Origin: the human T2T-CHM13v2.0 reference genome, Homo sapiens
DNA length: 64,000 bases
Assembly: GCF_009914755.1 (NCBI RefSeq)
Contig: NC_060925.1
Strand: one strand, 5' to 3'
The translations under genes and the position numbers were made by a program. Each line of letters starts with the position of its first letter. Position 1 is the first letter of the stretch. The notes under the pieces were generated by a model. The model searched no databases. It worked only from the letters and a program-made list of their open reading frames with translations, and was not told the origin of the DNA. Positions 28,001 through 44,096 of the stretch are shown here, piece after piece.

Positions 28001-31000
28001 GTGCGGGATGTGGATGTTGAGGTCTCTAGATTGTATTGAAGTCTTTCTCTCTTTATTATTAATAATATTTGCTTTATATATCATTGTATGTTATTTGTGC
28101 TCCAGTTTGGGGTGCATGTATACTTACATTTGTTATGTCCTCTTGTTGAATTGACCCATTTATCATTATATAATGACCTTCTTTGCCTCTTGTTACAGTT
28201 TTTGTCTTGAAATCTATTTTGTCTGATATAAGTATCCTTGTCCTACTCTCTTTGTGGTTTCCATTCACATAGAATATCTTTTTTATCCCCTTATTTTATG
28301 TGTATCTTTAAAGTTGAAGTGTGTTTCTTATAGGCAAGAGATCACTAGATCTTGTTTTGTTTTTGTTTTCTATTCAGACTTTCTATATCTTTTGATTGGA
28401 GAGTTTAGTCCATTTACATTCCATGTTATTATTGATAAGTAAAGACTAATTCCTGCCATTTTGTTTTGTTTTGTGGTTTTCTCTTCTTTCTTTCCTTCCT
28501 TCCTGTCTTCCATTTAGTGAACGTGATTTTTTTTTCTGGCAGTGTGATTTAATTTCTTGCTTTTTATTTTTTGTGTATCTGTTGTATGTTTTTCAATTTG
28601 AGGTTACCATGAGGCTTGCAAATACTATCTTTTAACCCACTATTTTAAACTGATGACAACTTCACATTAATTGCATAAACAAGCAAAGAGAAAACTAATG
28701 AAAATTCTACTCTTTAACTTTGTATTCCCACTTGATAACTTTTTGTTTTTACTCTTTATTTCTTATTGTACTGTCTATGTCTTGAAAAGTTGTTTTAGTT
28801 ATTATTTTTGATTGGTTCATCATTTAGTCTTTCTACTTAAGAGTAGTTTACACTCCATAATTACAGTGTTATAATATTGTGTTTTTCTGTGTGCTTTTTA
28901 TTGTCAATGAGTTTTGTCCCTTCAAATAATTTCTTAATGCTCACTAATGTCCTTTTCTTTCAGATTAAATAACTCTTTTTAGCATTTCTTGTATGACAGG
29001 TCTGGTGTTGATAAAGTCCTTCAGGTTTTGTTTGTCTGGGCAAATCTTTGTTTCCTCTTCCTGTTTGAAGGATATTTTCACCAGACATATAATTTTGGGG
29101 TAAAAGTTTTTCTCCTTCAGCACTTTAAATATGTTATGCCACTCTCTCCTGACCTGTAAGGTTTCCACTGGAAAATCTGCTGGCAGACATATTGGAGCTC
29201 CATTGTATGTTATTTGTTTCTTTTCTCTTGCTGCTGTTAGGAATATTTATTCTTGACCTTTGAGAGTTTGATTATTATATGCCTTGAGGTAGTCCTTCTT
29301 TGGGTTAAATATGCTTGCCATTCTATAACCTTCTTGTACTTGAATGTGGATACCTTTCTTTAGGTTTAGGAAGTTTTCTAATATTATCCCTTTGCATAAA
29401 GTTTCTACCCCATCTCTGTCTCTATCTACTCTTTATGGCCAATAACTATTAGATTTGCCCCTTTAAGGCTGTTTTCTAGATCTTGTAGGCATACTTTATT
29501 CTTTTTTATTCTTTTTTCTTTTATCTCTTCTGACTGTGTATTTTCAAATAATCTTTGAGCTTCCCTAATTCTTTCTTCTGCTTTATAAATTCTACTATTA
29601 CAAGACTCTGATGCATTCTTTAGTATGTCGGTTGTATTTTTCAACTCTGGAATTTCTGCTTGATTCTTTTAATTTATTTCAATCTCTTACTACATGTATC
29701 TGATAGGATTCTGAATTCCTCCTCTGTGTTATCTTGAATTTCCTTTAATTTCCTCAACATGGCTATTTTGAATTCTCTGCCTGAAAGGTCACATATCTCT
29801 GTTTCTACAGGATTGGTCCTTGGTGTCTTATTTGGTTTGTTTAGTGAGGTCATGTTTTCCTGGATGGTCTTGATGCTTTGTGGACATTCATCAGTGTCTG
29901 GGCATTGTTGAGTTAGGCATTTATTGTAGGCTTTGCAGTCTGTGCTCATCTTTTTTGGGAAAGCTTTCCAAGTATTCTAAGGAACTCATGCCCCAAGCCC
30001 AATCATTCTGTGGTTTATGCTGACTCATAGAGATACCACCTTGGTGGTCTTGGATTCGATATAGAAGAATTCTCTGGATTACCAGGGAAAGCCTCTTGTT
30101 CTTTTCCCTCACCTTCTCCCAAAGAAATGAAGTCTCTCTTTCTGTGCTGAGCTGCCTGATTTTGGGGTGATGCAAGCACCCTTGTAGCCACCACCCCTGA
30201 GACTATGCTGAGTCAGATCTGAAGCCAGCACAGCACTTGGTCTCACCCAGGGCCCACTGTAACCACAACCTGGCTACTGCCTATGATCACTCAAGAGCTT
30301 AAGACTCTACGATCAGCTAGTGGGGAAACCAGAAAGGTTTGTGCCTTTCCTTCAGGGCATTCAGTTCCCTCAAACCCTGGGCAGGTCTGGAGATGCTGTC
30401 TGGGAGCCAGGTATTGGAGTCAAAAACCATAGACATTTACCTTGCGTGTTGTATTCTACTGTGGGTAAGCTGGCCCTCAAACCTGAGACCAAAATCCTTC
30501 TCACTCTTCTCTCTTCTTTTTACAGGCAGAGGAGTCTCTCCCAGTGGCCACCACAACCACTGGCCCACAGGGATTTCTGCCAGGCCACAATTAATGTTCA
30601 CTGAAGGCCCAAGGGCTCTTCAGTCAGCTCAGTGAATTCTGCCAGGCCTGGGACTCACCCTTCAGGGTGGTGGGATCCCCTCTGGCCCAGGGCCAGTCTG
30701 TAAATGCTGTCTAATATCCTAAGCCTGGACTCAGTGACCCCAGGAATCTGCTTGGTGCTCTGCCCCATTGTAGCTGAGCTGGTACCTAGGGTGCAAGACA
30801 AAGTCCCCCTTTTTTTCCCCTCTGCTTTTCTCAAGCAGAAGGAATCCTTCACTGTAGCCACTATAGCTGGAAACGTGCTGGGTCTCATCTGATGCCAGCA
30901 CATCTCTGAGTCTCACCCAAGGCCCACAGTGTATTACCTAGGTAATGCTGTTGGTTATTTAGGGCCCAAAGGCTCTTTAGTCAGCATGTGACTAATCCTG

Positions 31001-31680
31001 CCAAAACTGTATCCTCCCCTTCAAGGCAGCAGTTTACCTTCTGGACCAGGGTATGTCTAGAAATGTCATCTGGGAGCTAGGACCTGGAATGGGGCCTCAC
31101 AAATCTGCCTGATGCCCCAACCTCTTGTTGCTGTGAACTATGCTGGCTGCGGTTCAGGGAGGGGTGGTACAAGCACTCCTTTGGCTGCCTCAGCTGGTGT
31201 CTCACTAGGTCCCATGCCACCTTTGTCCACTGGCTCTAAGGCCAGGCCAGCACTGGAAGTTGCCTAAGAATTGCAGTCCTTGTGTTCTAGATTGCCTTTC
31301 AAGTTTCCCTAGAACCTCAAAGCACTTTAGTCCATGGTGGTGAGGCTTGCCAAGAAATAGAAGTTCCAACCACTGGGATGAGTGATTCCCTTCTGGCTAG
31401 TGCTGGTCCAAATGCTCCCTCCATGGGTGGGCACCAGCTGAACCTAGTACAGCTTTGCTCTCACTGTGACTGGGCAGCATTGAGTTCAATGCTAAGTCTT
31501 CCAGATGGTATGGTCTCCCTCCCTCAAGGGCACAGATTCTCTTTTTCCCCTTGTGGCTGCTGCCATGGTATGGGGAAGGGGTGGAGTCAGCAATTCAAGA
31601 CTGTTTTTTCCTACCCTCTTCACAGGTGCCAGCACGTCTAATCCTGCATAAGTAGAAGTTGTAACTAATAGAAGGTTACT

Positions 31681-31870
31681 ACCAGTGGTGTGCTGGTAAA
31701 TATTTATCAAATGGCTCCTTGCAGGAGAGAAATCAGATTGGTAGTGCTTCACAATTGCTGTGATATAAATACTCCCCACCATGGCTCATTTCTAGCTACC
31801 AACATGATATCACTAGATATGTAGGTAAGATGAGATGTGAACAATCAGCATTGATGAGCTGAACAGACTC
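31681..31870 (-). mobile_element. MER63-like hAT-Blackjack fossil
   Basis: CCAGTGGTGTGCTGGTAAATATTT terminus and AAATACTCCCCACCATGGCTCATTTCTAGCTACCAAC core. Confidence 0.8.
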
Positions 31871-31932
31871 TTGCTGCCATTGTTTACAACACAGCTTATG
31901 CTCAGAATTCCATTTTCCAAATTAATATAGAC

Positions 31933-32156
31933 CACAGATTGACAAACTTTTTTCTGAGAAGGTGCTGATAGTCAATATTTTAGGCTTTGCATACCACATA
32001 ATTTCTGTCTCAACTATTCAACTCTGTCATTGTAGTGCAAAATTTGTCATAAACAAATAGATAAGTGAATGGGTATAGATGAGCTTCAATGAAACGTTAT
32101 TTACAAAGACAGAAGGCAGGCCAAATCTGGCCCATGAGCCATAGTCTGCTCACCCT
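31933..32156 (+). mobile_element. MER58A (hAT-Charlie)
   Basis: GACAAACTTTTTTCTG...CAACTATTCAACTCTGTCATTGTAGTGC...GGCCCATGAGCCATAGTCTGC. 8-bp TSD ATATAGAC/CTATAGAC. Confidence 0.88.
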
Positions 32157-34229
32157 CTATAGACCATAAATGCATATAGAACCAAAAGCGAATTCAAAGT
32201 CAGAAATTCAGAAGACTCTTCAAGATATCGCTATACTTCAGGTGTGTGGCTATGATCATCTGTTATTACTGCAGTGTCAGTGTGTAGAAATGTGGGTTAA
32301 AGGGGGGGACCTAAGCCAATAAAGTGCAGGCTAATAGTGTTTACTCAACTCTATTGTTTAGGAAATGCAGGTATGTTTCTATCAGATCTATTAATTCTAT
32401 CACACTAGAAGATGTGAGAAGATTGTAGAAAATATAAAAGATGGCAAATTTTCTAGGAGTCTGGCTCACATTGAACCTATCGCAAACTTATTTACATGAT
32501 ATATTAATTATTTATCTTAAGACATATAGTTCTTAGTGAGTATGGGTATAGGTGTCTATCTCTTGCTAAAATTTTTCTAACTTAACAAAGATGCAGACTT
32601 CAGCACTAACTGATCGATATGCCTTACCAGGGGCTGTCTTGATAATCAGTTTTTACAAATAGCATTGGGTCAGAGGGGTTGTGGAATTGTAAGTCCTTTA
32701 GGGAATGCCATTCCAGCAAAAGCCAGGCACATAGGCAATTGATACAGTAGGGCTCTATTCACTTTCAACTCATCTTTCTTTCCCTTATAATCAATTATTT
32801 TGCAGTCTAGTTATAGCACTCCCAGGTGGAGAAGAAAAGTTTGAGTTCCATAGTGTTTTTCACCTCACTTTGATAGCATTTTTATTTACTAGGAACTTGG
32901 TAATAGACAAAGGGACCAAGATATAAAAGCTCTAATGTGCTTAATGACTGTTAAAAAGCACTTAACATTCCACTCTCACTATGTCAGTATTGAATGAACA
33001 ACTGAGTCATTAATTCCATGCAGATTGCCTGCCCCTTTATTCTATACAATGCTTGCTTGGTAACAGTGAAGCCAGACAGATCAACAAGGAGGTTCAGCCT
33101 TTGCCCTTTCTTCAGTACACACAGCTGAACCTTAACTAATCCCCAAGAACCTTTTTGGGGGACAAATTCTTCTGTGAATCATGATAGGACTTGATATTCC
33201 TGTAACACCCTTTTATTAAGAAACTTGCATGTTACTGACACTTATCTTCTTAATCTCTGGAATCCTTGAGGGCAACCTGTATGGAGCCAATCCCCTTCAA
33301 ATGTGAGAAAGCCGAGGCTCCAGAGAGGGAAAAAAAGATTGTCAAGACCTGTTATGTCATTCATTAGGAAAAAGGAGATTTGTATTTAGGTTGTTGTAAG
33401 AGTGATAGTCATAGCCACAGCTAGAAACATTTTCTCTGAAATGTTTCCTTGCGTCTTCAAAGACATTTAACCTCATAGGCCAAAACCCTGATAGTCTCAT
33501 TACATTGATAACAATTCCCTTAGAGAGCTTCTTTATTTGTGCCTTGACCTGCAGACACAAGAGTGGGTGGTCATAAATCCTGTGAAAAAAAGTTTATCCA
33601 GTAGAGGGAGATTCCTCTCTTCCTTTTCCAGAGATAGAACAGAGCTGGGTCATGAAGAGGTCTCAGAGTGCTCTTAGGCACTCCCTAGGTAGAAAGTAAA
33701 AGTGTCCTAGAGTTTATCACTTGGCATTTTGGACATTTCTCAGTTGGGTTTAGAAAGGGCATCAAGGTTTGACTTGTGAAAAAGTTATTCAGGACACCAG
33801 AGCTGAATACAGGTGTGTCTCACTTTACATTATAAAATATGGCTGCCCAAAACTGCATGCAAATCAGTTTGATGCTGGTAAAATTATAGGCAGCCATCCC
33901 TTAGCATTAACAGCTCCATCAAGAACAGTAGAGTTAAGGGGTTTAAGTTTTTAGCCTCTACTTTCATCAGGCCAGCTTTACTTTTAAAATGTTAAGTGTT
34001 TGAACTTGGTGTAAAAGTTTGTTAGAATAAAGATTATTTTTAGCTAGAAGACCATTGATTTAATATACCCCTTTCCTATGAAAAAATAAAAAAAAACTGA
34101 AGAAGAGAAATGTGAAGTGACTTTCTCAAAGACCACCCAATAGTTACCAATATTCTGTTGTACTGAGAGCTTCTTCTATCACAGTATTCTTGGGGGGCAG
34201 GGTATTTACCTCCATTTCTAATGTGCTTT

Positions 34230-34410
34230 ATAAATCCATAGACCCAAAGCTGAAAGGGAGCTCAAGAGATTATGATCTTCTTACTGCACTGTAAAGATTA
34301 GAGCCTTGAAACCTAACTATTCTGTGCACATTCACACAAATAATTAGTGACAGATTAGTGACAAAGAAGGTGACAAATGCTCAAGTTCAGAACTGTAGTA
34401 GAAGCTCTAC
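34230..34410 (-). mobile_element. Diverged MIR/MIR3 fragment (donor of the 42211-42294 copy)
   Basis: CATAGACCCAAAGCTGAAAGGGAGCTCAAGAGATTAT followed by a degraded MIR core. Confidence 0.5.
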
Positions 34411-35319
34411 TCCCTGCTCCCACCTGGGTCCTTCTTGTTGGACTCTTCATTGGTCAGTGGCACCTGACTATTTAGCTTCCAGTTTATCTGGCCTCTTATT
34501 CAGAGGCAAGGCTCTGGAAACTAATACTTAAGGCTTTGATATAAACAAGGTATGTTCCATTGAAGAAAGAGCCCTGAGGAAACTCTTCTTTTCTCACTGT
34601 GTTTCCCATGCAGGTAGATGTAGACACAAAATTTTGGTTTAGATTGTAGACATGTGTGGAAGATGTATTTGATCTCTTGAGAATGCTTTATCGTTAAATA
34701 AGGCAAAATAGTACTGGCCTTTTGGAAAAGTCAACTTTAAGAATGATTATAAAAACAATATTTTTTTCATTGCACTGTACTTGACCCATATCAGAGTTCC
34801 ATTTGTATTTTGTAAACATGCCTTCATCATCATCGTAACAAGCTGATTGCTGTCTGCCTACTTTTTAAATAAACCCATATGATCATTTTAATTGACTGGC
34901 CCTTAGCTCTCCTGTTGCTTTAAGTACAATGACACTGATGTATACACATCAGGAAGTGATGGAGTGGTCACTTAATTTCTTGAATGAGGGTGATTGTTTA
35001 TATGGGCATATAAACAACATAGCTATGGATTCTGTCAATCGAAGTTGCATTTGATAAAGGAGACAAATATTCAGACCTTTTCCCCCGGTCTATCCAAGGC
35101 ATTTTTTTCTGGTGCTAGGGAAAGAGGGAATGAGAGATGATAACTGCTGCCTATGGTGAATTTGGCACTGCTATTTGAAAATATTCCTGTGGCCAGGTGC
35201 AGTGCCCTGCCTTGGCAGCAGCAATGATGCCAACACCAAGATGAGAAGCACATGTGGTTTATGATGTTTAGAAATATCCTTTATTTTTGTAACTCTTCAC
35301 ACTGTTGTGTGCAAAACCA

Positions 35320-35746
35320 GACTGAACTCCTACTATTTCTTCAACCTCCTTCCGTCTACCCAATACTCGATAACTGAAACTCCAACCAAACTGGCTTCTA
35401 GCTCCTCATCGACTCCTCCTAGCATGTCCTGCCTCAGGGATTGTCAATAGAGTTGGTTTGATCTAGAATCCTCTATTACTAGATCTTCCTCTGGCTGGCT
35501 TCTTCTCATTCAGGACTCTGTGAAAATGAGATCTCCTCCAAAAGGCCTTCCCTGACCCTCCTATCTAGAATAGCTACTTTTCATGTGATTATTTTGTTTT
35601 CTTTTTTTTCATCGCATCTAACACGAACCTATTTTATCTACGTGTTTATTTATCTGTCACTTGGTTTCTTTTTCCAGATTGCAACTTGCAGGAGAACTGA
35701 AGCACCCGAATTTGAAACAGTACCTACTACATTTAATAAATACATG
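35320..35746 (+). mobile_element. L2a-like 3' fragment
   Basis: GGCTGGCTTCTTCTCATTCAGG...AAGGCCTTCCCTGACC...AATAAATAC; the L1PA3 inserted into its tail. Confidence 0.75.
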
Positions 35747-36003
35747 TTTTTTTTTTTTTTTTTTGGTACATGATAGGGAAGTTTCTTTTTATTATTATTA
35801 TTATTATACTTTAAGTTTTAGGGTACATGTGCACAATGTGCAGGTTAGTTACATATGTATACATGTGCCATGCTGGTGCGCTGCACCCACTAACTCATCA
35901 TCTAGCATTAGGTATATCTCCCAATGCTATCCCTCCTCTCCTCACCCCACAACAGTCCCCAGAGTGTGATGTTCCCCTTCCTGTGTCCATGTGTTCTCAT
36001 TGT

Positions 36004-39832
<3,829 letters not shown>

Positions 39833-39895
39833 TATGATGTTAGCTGGTGATTTTGCTCGTTAGTTGATGCAGTTTCTTCCTAGTCTCGATGGTCT

Positions 39896-40913
39896 TTACA
39901 TTTTGGCATGATTTTGCAGCGGCTGGTACCAGTTGTTCCTCTCCATGTTTAGTGCTTCCTTCAGGAGCTCTTTTAAGGGCAGGCCTGGTGGTGACAAAAT
40001 CTCTCAGCATTTGCTTGTCTGTAAAGTATTTTATTTCTCCTTCACTTATGAAGCTTAGTTTGGCTGGATGTGAAATTCTGGGTTGAAAATTCTTTTCTTA
40101 AGGAGTGTTGAATATTGACCCCCACTCTCTTCTGGCTTGTAGAGTTTCTGCCGAGAGATCAGCTGTTAGTCTGATGGGCTTCCCTTTGTGGGTAACCCGA
40201 CCTTTCTCTCTGGCTGCCCTTAACATTTTTTCCTTCATTTCAACTTTGGTGAATCTGACAATTATGTGTCTTGGAGTTGCTCTTCTTGAGGAGTATCTTT
40301 GTGGCATTCTCTGTATTTCCTGAATCTGAATGTTGGCCTGCCTTACTAGTTTGGGGAAATTCTCCTGGATAATATCCTGCAGCGTGTTTTCCAACTTGGT
40401 TCCATTCTCCCCGTCACTTTCAGGTACACCAGTCAGACGTAGATTTGGTCTTTTCACATAGTCCCATATTTCTTGAAGGCTTTGCTCGTTTCTCTTTATT
40501 CTTTTTTCTCTAAACTTCCCTTCTCACTTCATTTCATTCACTTCATCTTCCATCGCTGATACCCTTTCTTCCAGTTGATCTCATCGGCTCCTGAAGCTTC
40601 TGCATTCTTCCCATAGTTCTCGAGCCTTGGTTTTCAGCTCCATCAGCTCCTTTAAGCACTTCTCTGTATTGATTATTCTAGTTATACATTATTCTAAACT
40701 TTTTTCAAAGTTTTCAACTTCTTTGCCTTTGGTTTGAATTTCCTCCCGTAGCTCGGAGTAATTTGATCATCTGAAGCCTTCTTCTCTCAGCTCGTCAAAG
40801 TCATTCTCCGTCCAGCTTTGCTCCGTTGCTGGTGAGGAACTGTGTTCCTTTGGAGGAGGAGAGGCACTCTGCTTTTTAGAGTTTCCAGTTTTTCTGCTCT
40901 GTTTTTTCCCCAT
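39896..40913 (-). pseudogene. L1 ORF1p, disrupted
   Basis: ATGGGGAAAAAACAG start at 40913. Only the 40098-40457 piece (KRPNLRL...RATPRHII) stays open as a long ORF. Confidence 0.93.
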
Positions 40914-41812
40914 CTTTGTGGTTTTATCTACTTTTGGTCCTTGATGATGGTGATGTACAGATGGGTTTTTGGTGTGGATGTCCTTTCTGTTTGTTAGTTT
41001 TCCTTCTAACAGACAGGACCCTCAGCTGCAGGTCTGTTGGAGTACCTGACCGCATGAGGTGTCAGTCTGCCCCTGCTGGGGGTTGCCTCCCAGTTAGGCT
41101 GCTCGGGGGTCAGGGATCAGGGACCCACTTGAGGAGGCAGTCTGCCCATTCTCAGATCTCCAGCTGTGTGCTGGGATAACCACTGCTCTCTTCAAAGCTG
41201 TCAGACAGGGACATTTAAGTCTGCAGAGGTTACTGCTGTCTTTTTGTTTGTCTGTGCCCTGCCCCCAGAGGTGGAGCCTACAGAGGCAGGCAGGCCTCCT
41301 TGAGCTGTGGTGGGCTCCACCCAGTTCGAGCTTCCCGGCTGCTTTGTTTACCTAAGCAAGCCTGGGCAATGGTGGGCGCCCCTCCCCCAGCCTCGCTGCC
41401 GCCTTGCAGTTTGATCTCAGACTGCTGTGCTAGCAATCAGTGAGATTCCGTGGGCGTAGGACCCTCCGAGCCAGGTGCGGGATATAATCTCCTGGTGCGC
41501 CGTTTTTTAAGCCCGTGGGAAAAGTGCGGTATTCGGGTGGGAGTGACCCGATTTTCCAGGTGCCATCTGTCACCCCTTTCTTTGACTCGGAAAGGGAACT
41601 CCCTGACCCCTTGCGCTTCCCAAGTGAGGCAATGCCTCGCCCTGCTTCGGCTCGTGCATGGTGTGTACACCCACTGACCTGCGCCCACTGTCTGGCACTC
41701 CCTAGTGAGATGAACCTGGTACCTCAGATGGAAATGCAGAAATCACCCCTCTTCTGTGTCGCTCATGCTGGGAGCTGTAGACCAGAGCTGTTCTATTCAG
41801 CCATCTTGGCTC
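40914..41812 (-). promoter_or_regulatory. L1 5' UTR internal sense promoter and antisense promoter region
   Basis: CpG-containing 5' UTR with the YY1 site CAAGATGGC at the 5' end. Promoter activity is known for the family but not shown for this copy. Confidence 0.7.
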
Positions 41813-42059
41813 AGGGGTAAATACATGTTTCTTATGTAAATAACTAAACTGATCACCTTTAAACCTTTTAAAAATGTCTGAGGCATAGAAAGTCATGTGA
41901 CTAGAACAAAGTCAGATAGGTCAATAGTGAATAAGTGGATGAGTCTATATTTGTACCTTTGCTTTTGAGTAATCGGGATTATGTCCATTAAACCATATTG
42001 CTTTTTGCACAAAAAAAATAGTGGGTAATACTAGTCACTTTTTAATATTTTTATTCCAC

Positions 42060-42158
42060 TTAATATTGGACAATAATATACCCCTTTTGTGCCTCAGTTT
42101 CTTCACCTAATTAGTATAATAAAAGTAACTATAGGATTATGGTTAGGATTAAGAACAA

Positions 42159-42204
<46 letters not shown>

Positions 42205-42370
42205 TCACTTTGTAAAGATTAGAGCCTTGAAACCTAACTATTCTGTGCACCTTCACACGAATAATTAGTGACAAAGAAGGTGACAAATGCTCAAACACTG
42301 ATATACATATATATACATATATACATATATATAGCACTGAGAATAGTGTCTGAGATATAATAAGCTATAT
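42060..42370 (+). mobile_element. MIR interrupted by (AT)21 and an 84-bp templated insert
   Basis: GTGCCTCAGTTTCTTCACCT core before the insert; AGCACTGAGAATAGTGTCTG after it; (AT)21 at 42161-42202. Confidence 0.75.
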
Positions 42371-42497
42371 TATTCCTGTAGAGTCCCTTTAAAGATGAAA
42401 ATTTCCATTTGGCAACTTACCTCCCAATCATCTTTTCTCCAGGTTAAATATCCTCAGATCTTTAACAATAAAATGTTGTTTCTACACCTCCTGCCAC

Positions 42498-42607
42498 TTT
42501 TTTTTTAATTTCCAACTTTTATTTTAAGTTCAGGGGTACATGTGCAGGATGTGTAGGTTTGTTAAATAGTCAAATGTGTGCCATGGTGATTAGCTGCACA
42601 GATCACC
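42498..42607 (-). mobile_element. Very short L1PA 3' end (~110 bp)
   Basis: TTTTAAGTTCAGGGGTACATGTGCAGGATGTG...GCTGCACAGATC with a T tail. Confidence 0.85.
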
Positions 42608-43174
42608 TACTGTACAAATTGTGTTCCAGCTTCTTCGTGCTCTTTTAAAAACAGGAGACTATAAAAATATTCATTACAATACTATTAAAATAGCTAAGAA
42701 TTGGAAACAATTTGAATTCATAATAAAACAATTATATGAACTACAATATATCCATATGATGAATAATATTTGCTGGAAAAAGAATGAAAAATATCTCTAT
42801 TTTCAATTAGTATGTATATTATGTATGAATCTAGGTATATAAGTATTGACTGATGGTTTTCATTATTTATTTTCATGCTCAAATTGTTCCAAATTTGGCT
42901 CTTTCATACTGACTTTAGGTCTTTTTCACTTTTCCCCAATCATTCTTTGATCACTATCTTGCTTTTTCACACAAGATATTCAGTTCTCACCTAATTCTTT
43001 TCCAGATCCAATCCTGAAATTAGTCATTCCCACTCCTCACACACATAAAAGAAAATCTCTAGCTCTTTTAAGCATGGTATTTAGAAACCAAGCACTTAGT
43101 GCTAGGTATGCTCATTGCTTTTGGTGTGTCACTACAACCAAGCTCTCTTAGTGGGTGAAGTTAGGAAATATATA

Positions 43175-43640
43175 TGTAACTGGTTGAATAGTGTATCCAC
43201 AAAGCTTAATATCTACCCATAACTCAGAATGTGCCTTTATTTGGAAAAAGAGCCTTTGCAAATATAACCAATTAAGATGAGGTCATATTTGATTAGAGTG
43301 GGCCCCACATCCAATGACTGGCATCTTTATAAGGGAAAATAAAGGAAGACATGGAGCCACAGAGCCACAGACACTCATTGAGAAGAGGGCCATGTGAGAT
43401 AGAGGCAACGATGGGAGAGATGCAGCTACAAACTAAAGATCACCAAAGAATGTCAAGGAGTGCTTTCTACCACTAGAGGCGTGACCAGAGGCATGGGATC
43501 TTCTCCCTCAGGGAAGGCATCAACCCTGCCAATGACTTAATTTTGGATTTCTGGCCTCCAAACAGTGAGAAAATACATTTCTGTTGTTATAAACCACCAA
43601 ATATGGGTAATTTGTACAGCAGCCCTAGGAAAATAACACA
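43175..43640 (+). mobile_element. MLT1C-like MaLR solo LTR
   Basis: TG..CA ends; TTAAGATGAGGTCATA and TTCTGGCCTCCA...AAATACATTTCTGTTG. TSD ATATA/ATATG. Confidence 0.85.
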
Positions 43641-43714
43641 ATATGTATCTATATGTTTGTGTATGTATATATTTATAGCCACAATTATATCTATATTTAT
43701 TTGTAATATATATG

Positions 43715-43716
<2 letters not shown>

Positions 43717-43755
<39 letters not shown>

Positions 43756-43790
43756 GTATCTATCTATCTATCTATAATCTATCTATCTCT
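43717..43790. repeat. (TATC)n tetranucleotide STR: (TATC)9 TATG (TATC)4...
   Basis: Read directly. Confidence 0.97.
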
Positions 43791-44096
43791 ATGCATGCTC
43801 CTCAAGAATTTACCTCCAATTCTAATCTGGTACTATGGGAATTAATTCCAGTTTTCTTCCTTTCCATATTTGTAACTCCCTTCTCTTGTAGTGAGAAACT
43901 TAACTCCCATTATTTTGATTTTGATTTTACATATTTAAAGGTAAAGATCTCTATGATCATTAATGGATGTACTGGGGTAACTGGATTGGTTATTTTCTTT
44001 GGGAGTTTCCTTCTAGTGAAAGAATCTAAGCAGGATATCAAAGTAGAGGCAGGTAAGTTTATGGTGATCAAAGTTTAAGAACATTTGGTCTCCTTT

